Source of the DNA: Basidiobolus meristosporus CBS 931.73
Lineage: Eukaryota > Fungi > Basidiobolomycota
DNA: 64,000 nt
NCBI GenBank assembly: GCA_002104905.1
Contig: MCFE01000302.1
Location: 1-64,000 of the forward strand
Direction: 5' to 3'
In this document: positions 14,526 through 27,303 of the stretch, piece by piece
Numbering within the stretch: the stretch's first letter is position 1
Layout: each line of letters opens with the position of its first letter
Translations under genes and position numbers: made by a program
The notes under the pieces: generated by a model
The model's input: the letters and a program-made list of their open reading frames with translations, nothing else
The model's database searches: none
Told to the model about the DNA's origin: nothing

Positions 14526-15848
14526 TTAAGCGAGACCGAGCGTCTCTTTGACTGCCATGATCTCTTCCATAGATCCGGTGTGTTTGGTTTGCTCATCACT
14601 AAGTTTGACCACCTGCTTGCCAGTAACCTCTCGCAGCTTAATGACGATGTTCATTGCTGGGCTCTTGGAGCCATCTCGAGCGTGGGTGAAATCATTCGTT
14701 AAGTTGGTGCCAATCCCAAATGTACATTGAATCCCTTTCTCGGTGGCGTACTTCTGTAGCTGAATGCATTTCTCAGGGTCCAGGCCATCAGAAAATACAA
14801 TAACCTTGGTAGCAGGGTCGATCTTCAGGGATTTATAGTGCGCAATGATTTTGTCAACAAATTCATATGGGCATCCGGAGTCTTGACGAACACCGGTTAA
14901 AGCACTTGCAAGATCATAGGAGAACTCGCGTAGGAACGCCTCGGTGGTAAAGGTGTCGCAGAGGGCAATACCGAGGTTATTACCATACACTTGCTGCCAT
15001 TTCTCCAGTGTGAGGCGATTGGCGTTCTTCGTGGTTTCCTCGGCACCGGAGATACCCATGACGAATTCATGAGCCATTGTTCCAACAGGCTTAAGGTTAA
15101 AGAGACGGGCAAGGTGGACGTTGCTTGTCCCAATGACAGCGCCCTGTTCTTGAATACCCGGATTCTTCTGGACGGCCTCGCTGTATTCTTTCTGTGCTTG
15201 AACAATGGCTGCCATAATGATTTCCTGTGTGCGATAGTCACGACGACGACGAGTGCCGAATTCCATGAACTTGCATCCATTTTCCAGCAGGGAGCGAGCT
15301 TTTTCGAGGGCGTTCTCATATTGGCCATCATAAGACCAATCGACATCCGAGAACCTGAAATATGCTTCACTGACCAAAAAGAGCAACGGGATTTCGTACA
15401 GGGTGACTTCGTGCCAGATTCCCTGGACGACGATGCTTAGATCGAGGCTTTCTGAGTTGAAATCCATGGATACATGTTTTTCTGGAACGAACTGGAATCT
15501 CTCTAAATACTCTAAATATTGCGTTTTGAAGTAGGGGCAATTCTTTTCCAACCAGACGCGTTCCTCCGGCAATAGTCGCAAATCAGCCATGTCTAAGAGA
15601 ATGGGGTTAACGCTCAATGTGCAAGTGGGGTGTTCAAGGCCAACAAGCTATGGAATACTTTGGACTTGGGTTTTCAGCCACTCGTAGCCTTCAATGGTTA
15701 ATTTGCAGTTGGCGGTTCTGTTGTGAAATTGGAAAGTAACCTTCTCGTTGGGATACAAAAGCCATATAGCTTGTTGCATTGTGAACTTGTAAAGATCATT
15801 GTCCAACACAGAATGGACTCCGCTCGAGCTTTGAGTATCGGTCAACAT
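14526..15848 (-). CDS. NPT1: Nicotinate phosphoribosyltransferase; exons 15848-15659 and 15592-14526
   Basis: SVLDNDLYKFTMQQA, EFGTRRRR, GTSNV, GTMAHE, ALCDTFTT, GVRQDSG, VFSDGL, FGIGTNLTND, KLSD motifs; 66-nt GT-AG intron. Confidence 0.96.
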
Positions 15849-16468
15849 GAAGCTAGTGGTTTGCGTGCTTGAACAGACACTGACAATTAAGAAAATGAGT
15901 CTACACTGTAGAAGCGAGAAGTGCCCAAAATTGCCTTTATACAATCGCATATCCAATCATCTGCAGAATAGAAAAATTTACTACCGAGAGATTGGCCATC
16001 CGACTAACATTCTAGAAAAACGATCCAGAACACCGCAGATTCACGATCACATTTGTAAACCCATTAAGCATCAACGATATAATCTAACTTTTCATGGCAG
16101 ATCTATGCACCACACCGAATGGCCCATCACTTGGAGTTGCTACGGGTGGTTTGGCGACTACCATATAAGACGATCGGCATCCATCGTGATTTGTACATTT
16201 GTTGGTGTAGCCCATTCCCAAAGACATCCCGATTCACGTATGGTTGGCAATGGTGCTGCCGCTTTGGTTCGCTTAGTCCACACTCCATGAATCCCGGAAT
16301 ACCATCTCTCTGGTCCATTAATCACTTGATGAATGGCTTTTTTATTTCAACCCTCAACCGGATAAGGCTGTGGTTGATTAGAACAAAAATGGATACGTAA
16401 AAGATGCACGACACAGCTGTTTGCTTGTATTTCGCAACACAAGAGAATGGACTCTACATACTTTTAGT

Positions 16469-18208
16469 CTAATAGCCGTTGGGTTTGCGTGGTTCGGGCT
16501 GCCCATATCCGGTGGGCTTGGGTTGCCCATAGCCAGTAGGGCTGGGTTTTCCATATCTAGTAGGTCTGGGTTTTCCGTATCCGCCATCGCTAGTTGGTTT
16601 TGGTTTTCCATATCCGCCGTCGCTAGTTGGTTTTGGTTTTCCGTATCCACCGTAGCCCTTGTTCGGGACGGTCACTGTAACATACTTGTATGTGCCGGGA
16701 TAGGTTTTCTTAACGTACTTGAAGCCTGCAGGCTTTGTAACGACCTTCTCAGTTTTGTATGTATCTGGCAACTTGTACGGCTTCTTGACGTATCTGTCTG
16801 GGAGCGTCTCCTTCTTGTACTTGAATCCTCCAGCCTTGACAAGAACCTTCTTGTTCTCATATCTGTCAGGAAGCTTCACCAGCTTGTATTCGTAATGATC
16901 AGGCTTGACCACCTTCACATACTTGTAACTCGCAGCCTTGATGATGTATTTCTCATATCTATAAGGGAGTGGATATTTCTTTTTCACATACTTGTCTGGC
17001 TCCTGCTGCTTGATATATTTGTACCCACCACGGCTGACTAGTACCTTCTTTTTCACATAGCGGTCTGGCGTGGTATACTTCACCTTCTTATACCCGCCCG
17101 GAAGAGTTTTTTTAACGTATTTATATCCAGCTGGCTTTGTGATCACTTTCTTTGTTTTGTATGTGTCGGGCAGTTTGACGGTCGTGGTGCAGTCAGTACA
17201 CGGCACTGTTTTCTTGACGTCGACATATCTTCCAGGTTTGGTCACTACCTTGACTTTCTTGGATTTCCCGGGAAGTTTGACCTTCTCGTATTTGTATGTA
17301 GGTGGCAAAGTCACAAGCTTGTACTTGTACCCTTCCGGCTTAGTGATCACCTTGACCAGTTTGACCTTCTTCTTGCCTGGCATATATTTGTACTCGTACG
17401 TGTCCGGCTTCCTTACTTCCTGCTTTTTGTAATACGCAGGCCTCGTAATATACTTCACCTTTTTGTAGGTGTCGGGTGTCGTGTATTTCTTGTACTTGTA
17501 CCGGTCAGGGAGTTTGACCGTTTTGTACCCATAGCCGCCGGGCTTATCGACCACCTTGACATTCTCAAATCTGTCTGGTAGGGTGATTGTCTGAGTGGCG
17601 ATTGATCCTGGCAGAGTGATGGTGGCAGTGCCAAATCCACCTGCCTTGACGAGGATCTTCTTGGTCTTGTACCCCCTTGGCAGTCTGAATTTTTGGTACT
17701 TGTATGAGCCGGGGATGGTTTTCTTGACATACTTGAAGCCTGCTGGTTTGGTGACGATCTTCTTTGTTTTCACCACCGGCGGAAGGTTGACAACGGTCTC
17801 TTTGTAAGTGTCAGGTAGGGTGCGGGTCACCACTTTGTAGCTAGGCTCCTGTATGACGACCTTCTGCTTCTTGTAGATCGGCTTGGAGGGGATCTCGGTC
17901 TGTTCGTATGTTCCCGGAAGTGTCTTGGTGACATACTTCCATGCGCTACCTCCGTAATAGTCGTGTTTATTTCCGTGATGATCGTACCTATTTGCAGAAG
18001 AGTCATAGTGCGAATACGAGCCTCTCCTCCCCCGTCTACTGTACGTTCTATCCGAATCCCTGTAGCTATCTTCGTGTATTCCTTCCAAATCCACCAGGGG
18101 GGAGGTCGAGGTAGGACCAGACTCAGGACCATGAGGGTCTTCTGCAGCCAGATTATAGCTGACCAAGGCGAACCATACCAGAGCACTTGGAAGCACCTTA
18201 ACCATCAT
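16469..18208 (-). CDS. Secreted Lys/Tyr/Pro/Val-rich repetitive protein (579 aa), putative structural or adhesive protein
   Basis: Long intact ORF, N-terminal signal-peptide-like segment, RRGRR dibasic sites, ~430 aa of Pro-delimited repeats and C-terminal GYG(K/Q)P tandem repeats. Confidence 0.85.
   Translation of the reverse strand: MMVKVLPSALVWFALVSYNLAAEDPHGPESGPTSTSPLVDLEGIHEDSYRDSDRTYSRRGRRGSYSHYDSSANRYDHHGNKHDYYGGSAWKYVTKTLPGTYEQTEIPSKPIYKKQKVVIQEPSYKVVTRTLPDTYKETVVNLPPVVKTKKIVTKPAGFKYVKKTIPGSYKYQKFRLPRGYKTKKILVKAGGFGTATITLPGSIATQTITLPDRFENVKVVDKPGGYGYKTVKLPDRYKYKKYTTPDTYKKVKYITRPAYYKKQEVRKPDTYEYKYMPGKKKVKLVKVITKPEGYKYKLVTLPPTYKYEKVKLPGKSKKVKVVTKPGRYVDVKKTVPCTDCTTTVKLPDTYKTKKVITKPAGYKYVKKTLPGGYKKVKYTTPDRYVKKKVLVSRGGYKYIKQQEPDKYVKKKYPLPYRYEKYIIKAASYKYVKVVKPDHYEYKLVKLPDRYENKKVLVKAGGFKYKKETLPDRYVKKPYKLPDTYKTEKVVTKPAGFKYVKKTYPGTYKYVTVTVPNKGYGGYGKPKPTSDGGYGKPKPTSDGGYGKPRPTRYGKPSPTGYGQPKPTGYGQPEPRKPNGY
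16490..16655 (-). repeat. Coding tandem repeats (33-bp GYGKPKPTSDG units, then 24-bp GYG(K/Q)PxPT units)
   Basis: Near-identical tandem copies of ccgccatcgctagttggttttggttttccatat on the + strand. Confidence 0.9.
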
Positions 18209-19018
18209 GATTCAGAGAATTGGTCTAATGGATTCGTGGTTATCGTATTCGTTCGGAGCATGGCTTATATATAAAAACGCCATCCCAAGGGCAAACCACT
18301 TTTCAACATGGAATGTGGAGGCACGTTTGAGGATATTGACTGACTCCATGAAGCAAGAGTGGCATCTGATACATGGCTCAAACCATTCTATATTATTCCT
18401 AGCGGGCGAAGTGTGATTTGTTATTCTTCCTACGTTGAAACTAGATATGAGTCGGTGGTTAGAAATCTGAAAGTATCCAGATCATCGAATGTTATGGTGA
18501 AACGCATCCGACACAGCAGCTTTGCAAGGGGGCAACCGAGTTGGATAGCAAGCATGAGTTGCTTGGGATCTGGTGGGGTCCACGTAAATAAACCCGCATA
18601 GTCTATTGATGAAGTGTAGATGGCTTATATATGTACCATGAATTCAGGTGTATTTCAAGATGCATGTGATGGTAGCCGCAGATGCAAATGTTGACTACAA
18701 GGGCAGCCTGGTCGCAGGAATCGGCCTTTGCCAATCTTCATTTGCAATGAAGGCTAGGGTCAGCAATAGAACCTTGCCAGCAATCTAGATGGCAGGCCTT
18801 GGTGGAAATCACACAGGATCCTTTAGCAACGACGGATTGGGGCGAATCATTCCCATCGTCGTGATTGATTCAATGATGGAATTACATATATAGCGATATC
18901 GCCCTTTTGGAATCAATATTCTACGGATATCCTCAGGCAGCACTGCCCCTTATAAAGCCCCAGCCATTTGGTCCATCAAATACCCTTAGCCCAAGGATAA
19001 TAGTCTGAATACAGCGAC

Positions 19019-20083
19019 ATGGCACTCACCAATACCAGCCTTGATTCTAGCTACTATCTACTGGACTACATGGAAAAATGCTGGGCTGGCGCTCTTAAAA
19101 AAACCCCTGAGCTCCAGAAAGTGGCGTCGGAGTTTCTGAAGGCCCCGGCATTTTATTTTCAAGAGAAGAAGCCTGTTTTCTGGATAGGTAACCTACTGAT
19201 GTGCATCTCGAGTCAGTTCAAACTCCATTTATTCACTGCGATCATCAAGGAACAAACACAAAGGATTCAAAGCGCTACCTGTTGCTATCGGAAGAGACCT
19301 ATTTGCAGTCCAAGCAAGAATTAGAACAGTCGTTGGATAAGGAATTACCAACCTGTGAGCCTTCTAATGGCTATAGCGAAATATGCTCGGTCGAATTCGA
19401 TGGTCCCAGCGCCTATTATAACACACTGAAGCAGATTTCAAAACACAACAAAAAGGTCAAGAGAGAGGAAAGGGAACGTCGGATGGCTGCTTCGTTGGAA
19501 AATGCTCGCAAGACTATCTGCCTGGAGAAATATATGTTCTTCGCAATTGATGTCGAATCGTATGAAATGGACCATTCATATGTCACCGAGGTAGGATGGT
19601 CGATGTTCAATTCGGCGGAGAACGTCTTCCAGGATAAGCATTATATCATCCAGGAAAACGTGACCCTGCGCAACGGAAGATACGTGGCTGATAACAAAGA
19701 CCGCTTTATATTCGGCAAGTCGATTTGCACCACTCTGCGAAACACTGTTCGCAGTCTCATGGCGGACTGGGAGAGTGGGTATCCTACAATCCTTATAGGC
19801 CATGACGTAGAAAACGACGTCAATTATCTGAAGACCATAGGTGCCCACATCAAACCTGTGGATGTATTTGATACCACTGATTTGTACATGGCGATAACAT
19901 CCAGTCAGAACAAACGGAAGCTCTCGAAAATCCTGACTGAGTTTGGAATTGACTTCCACTTCTTGCATAATGCTGGTAAGCAGCAGCTTCTACCCACATC
20001 TTGGGGATAAACAGTAACCCACATTCGTTCAAGGAAACGACGCTCACTATACCATGGAGGCATTCTTGGCGATGGCCCGCTGA
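19019..20083 (+). CDS. Gfd2/YDR514C-like DEDD (RNase H-fold) exonuclease-family protein, 3 exons
   Basis: FFAIDVESYE..VTEVGW, ILIGHDVEND, VFDT, spliced HNAG|NDAHYT; GT-AG introns near 19189-19249 and 19977-20033. Confidence 0.8.
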
Positions 20084-20562
20084 ATCTGCCAACACCTCTA
20101 GTGGCTTTCACAATCACAAAGTGTTGTGTGTGGACTGGTCCAACTTGACTTGACTTGACGAGAAGCTCTGGGCCCATGACAGAGTAAGTGGAACTAGGCG
20201 TCCAAATAGGACGAGTAGTGCCAAAACTCAGGGCTCGCATCAAACACGTTACAATAAAGCCAAAATATCTTTCAGCGATCTAGCCAACATGATCACGAAA
20301 ATAAGTCATTTCGATGCCCAGTCTCCTGATTCTTGGGCCTGCCCACGATGGTTTCATTGCCCGTCGATCCAGGTTGCCACGATCAATCAGAATCAAGCAA
20401 TTGCTAGGTAAAGCCTAGATTTATTATAGCCATACCTTACACATGTATGCATGGATTGCTTACAATATTTAATAAGGCTTGGGACGTTCTTGCATGTGAG
20501 AAAGAAATTCCAACTGAAACAACAGAAACGACAGGCAATGGACGGGGTGTGTGATTGGAAGA

Positions 20563-21740
20563 TCATGCTGCAGCACGACGTAGTACTGCTCTCTTGGTAG
20601 TTTGCGCCATGAAACCGGTTTTGATGGCCGAGACGGAACGGGTAGAGCCACAAGACTCGCATTGGAGGAAGAAGATACGATTCTCCTTTGAGAGGATTGT
20701 GTCTGGGGATTTGCAGGTTTTGCAGGTAACGTACTCTACGATATATCTGCGCAGCACGTTCTCGATTTGCTTCTGTTGGAATCGGCCCTTGATAATCAAA
20801 CTACCACTACCATCCACAGAGCCGCTTGTCCCTAATTCTGAGAACAAAAATTGAATGACATGCTCAGGTTGACGCCGCATTCTCCGACATATATCACCGA
20901 TGTTGGCGAACAGAGTCTTTTTGCTGCCTTCACGATGAATCGATGGGGGGACCATAGTATAGCGTCTCTTTTCGGAGATAAGCTCCGGGTTGTTGTGCTG
21001 GAGGATTTTAAAGACACGCCCTAGGAGCTGTGGAAGCGTGATGTCAATAATCAAGTGGCAGCAATTGGTTAAGGTAGACAAACCTCTTGATAAGTATAAT
21101 CACGATTAGATCCAAGCCATGCGTCTTCAGCTCCTTTACGCTCTGAAATGCAATGATAAGTGCACGAAGAAAGTGGGGCATCGTTGTAGCGAACTCACCA
21201 GCTGCTCTACTTCCGTCGTCTTGGGAAGCATCTTGATCGTTTTCATCGTTAAGGTCAGCCTCAAAAGCATCCAGGTCAGCCTTCTTGGATTTCTTCTTCT
21301 TTTTCTTTTTCATTTCACCAAAATCAAATGCTTCAGCATCTCCTTCCGCAGGAGTTGCATCTTCCGCATCCTCTTCAGTTAACTTCACGCTCTTCTTCTT
21401 CTTCTTTTTCTTGAGATCGGCGAATAGGGCGGTGGAGTCCTCGTCATTATTTTCCTCTAATTTCGGGCGTTAGTTAGTACAGCCATCATGTAACTATCTG
21501 TATGCTGCTAACTAACCAACTTCCGGCTCCGCCTCCGCTTCTTCTTGGTTCTCCTCTTCGACAGGGAGGTCATCCTCGAAAGCAACCTGCTTCTTCTTTT
21601 TCTTTTTCTTCTTCATGGAAGAATCGAAGATGAGGCTCTAAAGGAACAGATGTTGGTAATAGCTATGTTGTGAGGTTGGTAGATGGTGCACTTACCGAGT
21701 CCTCTTGCATCTCTTGAACCTCCTTTTCGACGTCCGACAT
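20563..21740 (-). CDS. SUI3: Translation initiation factor eIF2 beta (multi-exon)
   Basis: Three poly-Lys boxes; [64 protein letters not shown] zinc ribbon. Confidence 0.96.
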
Positions 21741-22539
21741 TTTCGAATAATTCAAAGTTCACACAGAGCGTTAGGCCTGTAGACACAGAATCCTTTATTC
21801 ACTAGACTATTCAAATGACTATCATGACGTCAACCATCAATGAACTGATATTGCTGCTGCGTCAGAATACAGATCCTACACCAGATTTTCAATTGGGGAT
21901 GTTGGGTTGATACGCCTGACCGCAACCTATCCTAGAGATTGCCATTTTGAAGATGCTACTGGGGGGGGCTCAGATGACACCCACTGGTTATGGATTTATA
22001 AAGGTCCCACCTGGTTGAATTACCGGAGTGCACTCAATGCATCGACAGAGTTACACTTTGAGAGAAATTTGATCCTTCTCGCGGAGCCTTGAGTGCTGCT
22101 TAGCCAGGTTGATCCGAGAAGGTGGGAGAAAATGAGCCGAGCCATGCAGGATCCATCATGATACTGGTTTCTGCACCCAACATGATGTATACATATTAAT
22201 TTGGTACACTATCATCTACATAATCATGAAGCAATCAACAATCCTGATCTCTGTATAGCAAGCCAATTATCCTTGGATTGCAGCTGTGCCTTGACAACTC
22301 GACATAGACGAAGCATTCACACATTCACGACGTTGATTGTATTTCCATGGTGCTTGAATCAAGAAGATTTGGCATCTGTAACAATACCTACGTGGAGATA
22401 TGGTCCCAATTTATTCATTGTACGTCACCGATATAGCCACTTGAATTGTCAATCCATATACCACTCACATCCACATATTTTGTTGGGATGTAAACATTCA
22501 TATAAAGAGATCCCCTCCCGATTACCAGCTGCTTACAAA

Positions 22540-22579
22540 CTAACCCAGCCTAACCTGACCTAACCCTACCTAATCCAAG
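22540..22579. repeat. Four degenerate 10-bp CTAACC-core repeats
   Basis: CTAACCCAGC CTAACCTGAC CTAACCCTAC CTAATCCAAG. Confidence 0.7.
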
Positions 22580-23597
22580 TTTAATTCCATGCTTTCCACC
22601 ATTCACCCAAGATTCCCCCTCTGGACTCTCTTTACTTCTAAGCTACCCGTGCATTTTTCCTTGGTTGTTATCCTCGCGCCACGTATAATATCCACGCTAC
22701 AGCTTCGGCACAGAGCCTCCAAATTCCTGTCGTTGAAGGTGAGGCCGTTGGGTAAGAGGTTTGCTCCTTTCTTCCAGGCCTCCATATTGTTTCTGCGAAG
22801 AAAGGCGCAAGGTTGGGTGGAAGAGGCTTGGCAAACCCTGTTACCGAGGCCTGGGCCGGCCCTCAGTCGCCCCTTGTACAGCCCACGTCTCAAAAGAAGT
22901 CCTCCGAATTCGCGCAACGCCACCCCAGTCAGCGCCATACGGATCGAACTTTTCTTACAGCGTAACCTTGAGAGTACTCCACATCGCTACACCCATCCAC
23001 CCACACCTTACCTGGCATTAACGAAGCTTTTGTTCACCCCAACAGGAATCATGACCAACAAAAACCAACGGGTATCCGAAGGGTTCGCCTTGGTATCCCC
23101 TCAAAAGATGAAATTCATTGCTGGTAAGTGTCCGCGCTGCTACCATGAAATACACATCACTCCACATTACTTTGCTAATGCCCTACGCTAGCACCGAGCA
23201 CACCATTCAACAAACTGAAGAGGCTCGATCGGAAGACGCTGAGTGTCTATCCTCAAATTGCTTAGTAACCACCTGAGCGGACCCTGCAAGGTGTTGTACA
23301 AATCGTAAATAGAGAAATTCCCACCTAAACCCATATCAATGTATGGTTTGTTTGAAGCCGCAAACGCTTTCTTCCATGCATACATCTGCAACCTTGTATC
23401 CATCGTTTGTTGAACAGTGAATAGCGAAACATCGACACCCAGTCACTGATATAAAGCGGTTATTTTAATAAGGATTCGGGATAAACTCTTTGCAGGTGTT
23501 TAAAGAAGTAACTCATTCCAATGGGGATAAATCATAATAGCACTGAGGGTGTCAGACGAATAAGAATTGGGTGGTGCGCGGTGTCGCAACCATAATA

Positions 23598-23894
23598 TCA
23601 GTGTTCAACATGCCACCGATGAAGACTGCCAAAAATGGATCCTGCGGAGGAGAGGTCAGCGTCCGAGCCGATGTAGTTGTTCGAGACTACTTACTTGCAA
23701 AAAACGACTGGCTCTTGGAAGAGCCGTCTTTTGAGTCCTTGCGCGATTTTTTGGCCGAGTCAGAGGTCTTCAGCTTGGGTTCTGACTTGTGAAGTGCCTG
23801 ATGCTGGAGAGAGGTAGTCATACGGATGGCTGTGAATCAAGTTTAGTTTGCTGTTTAGGGGGAAGTCGGCTATGGAAAGGTGCTCACCGTCCAT
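23598..23894 (-). CDS. Predicted 61-aa three-exon microprotein (23894-23888, 23829-23695, 23641-23598)
   Basis: Two canonical introns (GTGAGC..ctaaac..cacag, 58 nt; GTAAGT..gctgac..cgcag, 53 nt) keep one frame: MDAIRMTTSLQHQALHKSEPKLKTSDSAKKSRKDSKDGSSKSQSFFARSIFGSLHRWHVEH*. Confidence 0.6.
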
Positions 23895-25692
23895 CTTGCA
23901 GACTCTCGCTTTGGTTTTGAGTATGGGGAGGCTTGTTGGTTCGGAGGAGAGGTGCAGCAACAATCGAGGGAGCAGAGAGGGCTTTCGAGTACTGAGTGGG
24001 GACTATTCTTTGGTTAGGAAAGGTGGAATTAAACTATATCAACGTCACGTCCAACGTGGTGAGCTTGTTCAGAGAAGAAGTAAAAAGACATATGAAAGTG
24101 TAGCTCAAGTCCAAGGAACTATAGAAGTTATTGCCCGGCTAACGCAGGGAAGATAATTAGAGTGGTTGTTCCCAAAGGTAGCGTTCGTGCGGTAGGAATC
24201 GGTGAGAAGAGACGAAAGAGTACGAAGGCAATCACGCCAGCAAGGGTGCTTTTATGGCTTGGGGATTGGGCGACATGGCGATAATTTTCCTGGTTTGATG
24301 AGTGTCTCGGCTTAAATTAGCAATACAGATAAATCAAATTCCACTACATTGCAGGAAAACACAAGTCACCGCAAAAATACCGATATCCCGGAACCACCAC
24401 CCTCTACCCCATAATTTATGAGACCACGCTGACAGATCAGACGGTTAAACGTGAGAACGATCATGGAAGTGGTTGATTTTCGGGAGATCGTGGAATGGAT
24501 GGGAGAAAACACTAGGGACCCCTCTCAAGGTGGAATTTTCGATTATTTAGGGTTACTACTTGCTTCGCAACCAGTACACCAACCCGCCCTTTTCTTCAAA
24601 ACCTTTAGTTGAAACCCCCCTCCCCCAAGAAGCCAGGTCATTCCACCTGCAGCCAATTTTTCTCATACGGATAATTCATTCCAGCTCAGTGTAGCCTCTT
24701 GATGGTATAGCAATTCTTGTGCAGGACTGTTCAGACAAGGCTCCCTTGGTAAGGCTGGGCATCATGGGTCGGTGAGCTGTCGTTAACGACTACGCTTTGC
24801 GACGAAGAGATCTTTGGTAAAATATAAGCATTGGGCTTATATTCTAGCGCGTCACAAGTGCTGGCATTTGCCTACTCAATAGACTTGTTCCTATTTCAAA
24901 AACATCACTGCTGCTGCTACCATGAACACCTGGGGCCCATGCTATGATGATGAGTAAGCAAGAATAATCACACGGAAGTGATTGTTCAATAGGTATCACG
25001 ATGATAAACCAAGTAGTGATGAATCCCAACTAATACGTAACTTGTCTATCACCTTTTGCGTTAGCAGGAATTGCACAATGCAATGACAATATCAGCCTTC
25101 CCAGAATGTGGATATCATGTGGCTCCAAGTCGCCTCAACACCAAGTAATCTCCCAATGATTCATCATGACGCCTCACCTCTGCATTTGAAAAGAGTTGGT
25201 TGCCAAGAGAACTAATTAGCTGATTGACTCGTATTGCGTCATGGATTAGGGTGATCCAAGTCCCAATGTTCCTGTTGACAGGCACGCAGATTGGAATAGG
25301 GCGGCCTAGTTCGGAACAACATGCTGGATCCCTGGTTTTCATAAATCAGATTATGTATACACTAAGACTATGCCTGCTTTAGGGCCTTCACCATTGATTA
25401 CCCTTACCCATATGGATTGCCCCATCGAAATAAATGCGAGTCTGCGGTTAGTCACAACCACTACTCATCGGTCACGAATCCCACACATGGGGTAGCCACC
25501 TCTAATCCAAAGTACTACAATGCACAGCAGTCCGTAGCAGGGAATTCATCTCGGCACCGAATGGTGAGGCCCACCCCAGAGATCCCGTTCGGTGGATAGC
25601 TGGCAACTTCGGAGTAGAAAAGGAAGGCGAGTGCGTGGAACAATTCGGCAACGTCAATCCTTCACTTCAGCCCGTTCTCCTTGATTCTAGCA

Positions 25693-27303
25693 ATGCCCAC
25701 CAGTACCGTTGACATGTCCAAGTTGTACGACACCGTACTCATACTGGACTTCGGCTCGCAGTTCTCCCACCTGATCACCCGTCGTGTGCGTGAGGTCGGT
25801 GTCTACTGCGAGCTTTTCCCGTGCACCCAAAGAATCAGTGATTTGCCTTTCAGCCCCAAAGGTGTCATCCTTTCGGGCAGTCCATACTCTGTTTACGATG
25901 CCGATGCTCCTCATGTGGACCCGGCAGTATTCGCCCTTGATGTCCCCGTGCTTGGCATCTGCTACGGCCTCCAGGAACTTGCCTGGGTCAATGGGTGCCA
26001 GGTTATTCCCTGTAAACATCGTGAATATGGACATGCTAAGCTGGACATTATCAAGCATGAGAGTCACCCCTTTATGGATCGGCTACTCAACACCTTGGAA
26101 GGTGAGATGCAGGTCTGGATGTCTCATGGTGATCAATTGGCTGAGCCGCTCCAGGGATATCACGTGATCGGACGGACCAGCACCGCGCCCTACGCTGCAG
26201 TCGCCAATGGAGTGAGACCGATCTTCGGGATTCAATTTCATCCGGAAGTAACCCACACGCCTCAGGGAAAGATTCTCCTTCAGAACTTCGTGGTGGATAT
26301 ATGCCAGTGCGAGCCGAATTGGACGATGGAAACATTCATTGAAAAGGAGATCGAAAGAATCCGGACGGTGGTTGGTCCAACCGCGCAAGTGATTGGAGCG
26401 GTTTCCGGGGGAGTGGATTCCACAGTTGCCGCCAAGCTGATGTCGGAGGCCATCGGGGACCGTTTCCACGCGATCCTGGTAGACAACGGTGTTATGCGAC
26501 TGAACGAGTGCGAGAACGTCAAAGCCATCCTTGGTGAACACCTGGGTATTAATCTGAAGGTCGTGGATGCCGCTGACCTATTTCTGGGAAAGCTCAAGGG
26601 GGTTTTGGATCCCGAAAGGAAGCGGAAGATTATCGGGAATACCTTCATCGAGGTATTTGAATCCGAAGCAGCCGTCATCGACAAGCAGTCCATGATGTCG
26701 GGGAGGGGGAAGATCGAGTTCTTACTCCAAGGTACACTCTATCCTGATGTCATCGAATCCATCTCTTTCAAGGGGCCCTCGGCCACCATCAAGACCCATC
26801 ACAACGTTGGGGGTCTGCTAGAGGATATGAAGCTGAGGCTTATCGAGCCATTACGAGAATTGTTTAAGGACGAAGTTCGCTCCCTGGGTAAGGTTCTGGG
26901 GATTGATGAAGAGCTCGTTTGGCGCCACCCTTTTCCTGGGCCTGGCCTTGCCATTCGAATTCTCGGCGAGGTTACGAAGAGCCAGGTTGATATTGTCCGT
27001 CACGCTGATCACATCTTTATCGAGGAGATCAAGAAAGCAAAGCTGTACCGCGAGATTAGTCAAGCCTTTACTGTGCTTCTCCCCATCAAGTCAGTTGGCG
27101 TTATGGGTGACAAGCGCACATACGAGCAGGTGATTGTATTACGGTCGGTAGAAACAACCGACTTCATGACCGCAGACTGGTATCCAATGCCGTATGATGT
27201 TATCCAGAGGATCTCCAGTAGAATCATCAACGAGGTGCCAGGCATCAACCGCGTAGTGTACGACGTGAGCACCAAGCCTCCCTCCACTATCGAATGGGAA
27301 TGA
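25693..27303 (+). CDS. GUA1: GMP synthase (glutamine-hydrolysing), intronless
   Basis: [68 protein letters not shown]. Confidence 0.98.
   Translation: MPTSTVDMSKLYDTVLILDFGSQFSHLITRRVREVGVYCELFPCTQRISDLPFSPKGVILSGSPYSVYDADAPHVDPAVFALDVPVLGICYGLQELAWVNGCQVIPCKHREYGHAKLDIIKHESHPFMDRLLNTLEGEMQVWMSHGDQLAEPLQGYHVIGRTSTAPYAAVANGVRPIFGIQFHPEVTHTPQGKILLQNFVVDICQCEPNWTMETFIEKEIERIRTVVGPTAQVIGAVSGGVDSTVAAKLMSEAIGDRFHAILVDNGVMRLNECENVKAILGEHLGINLKVVDAADLFLGKLKGVLDPERKRKIIGNTFIEVFESEAAVIDKQSMMSGRGKIEFLLQGTLYPDVIESISFKGPSATIKTHHNVGGLLEDMKLRLIEPLRELFKDEVRSLGKVLGIDEELVWRHPFPGPGLAIRILGEVTKSQVDIVRHADHIFIEEIKKAKLYREISQAFTVLLPIKSVGVMGDKRTYEQVIVLRSVETTDFMTADWYPMPYDVIQRISSRIINEVPGINRVVYDVSTKPPSTIEWE

Noticed and set aside
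22540-22579. Interstitial telomere
   Set aside because: The period is 10 bp rather than 6, with only four degenerate units; too short to call telomeric.
4462-27303. DCD1, NPT1 and GUA1 as a nucleotide-metabolism cluster
   Set aside because: They are separated by unrelated housekeeping genes and belong to different pathways; consistent with chance synteny.
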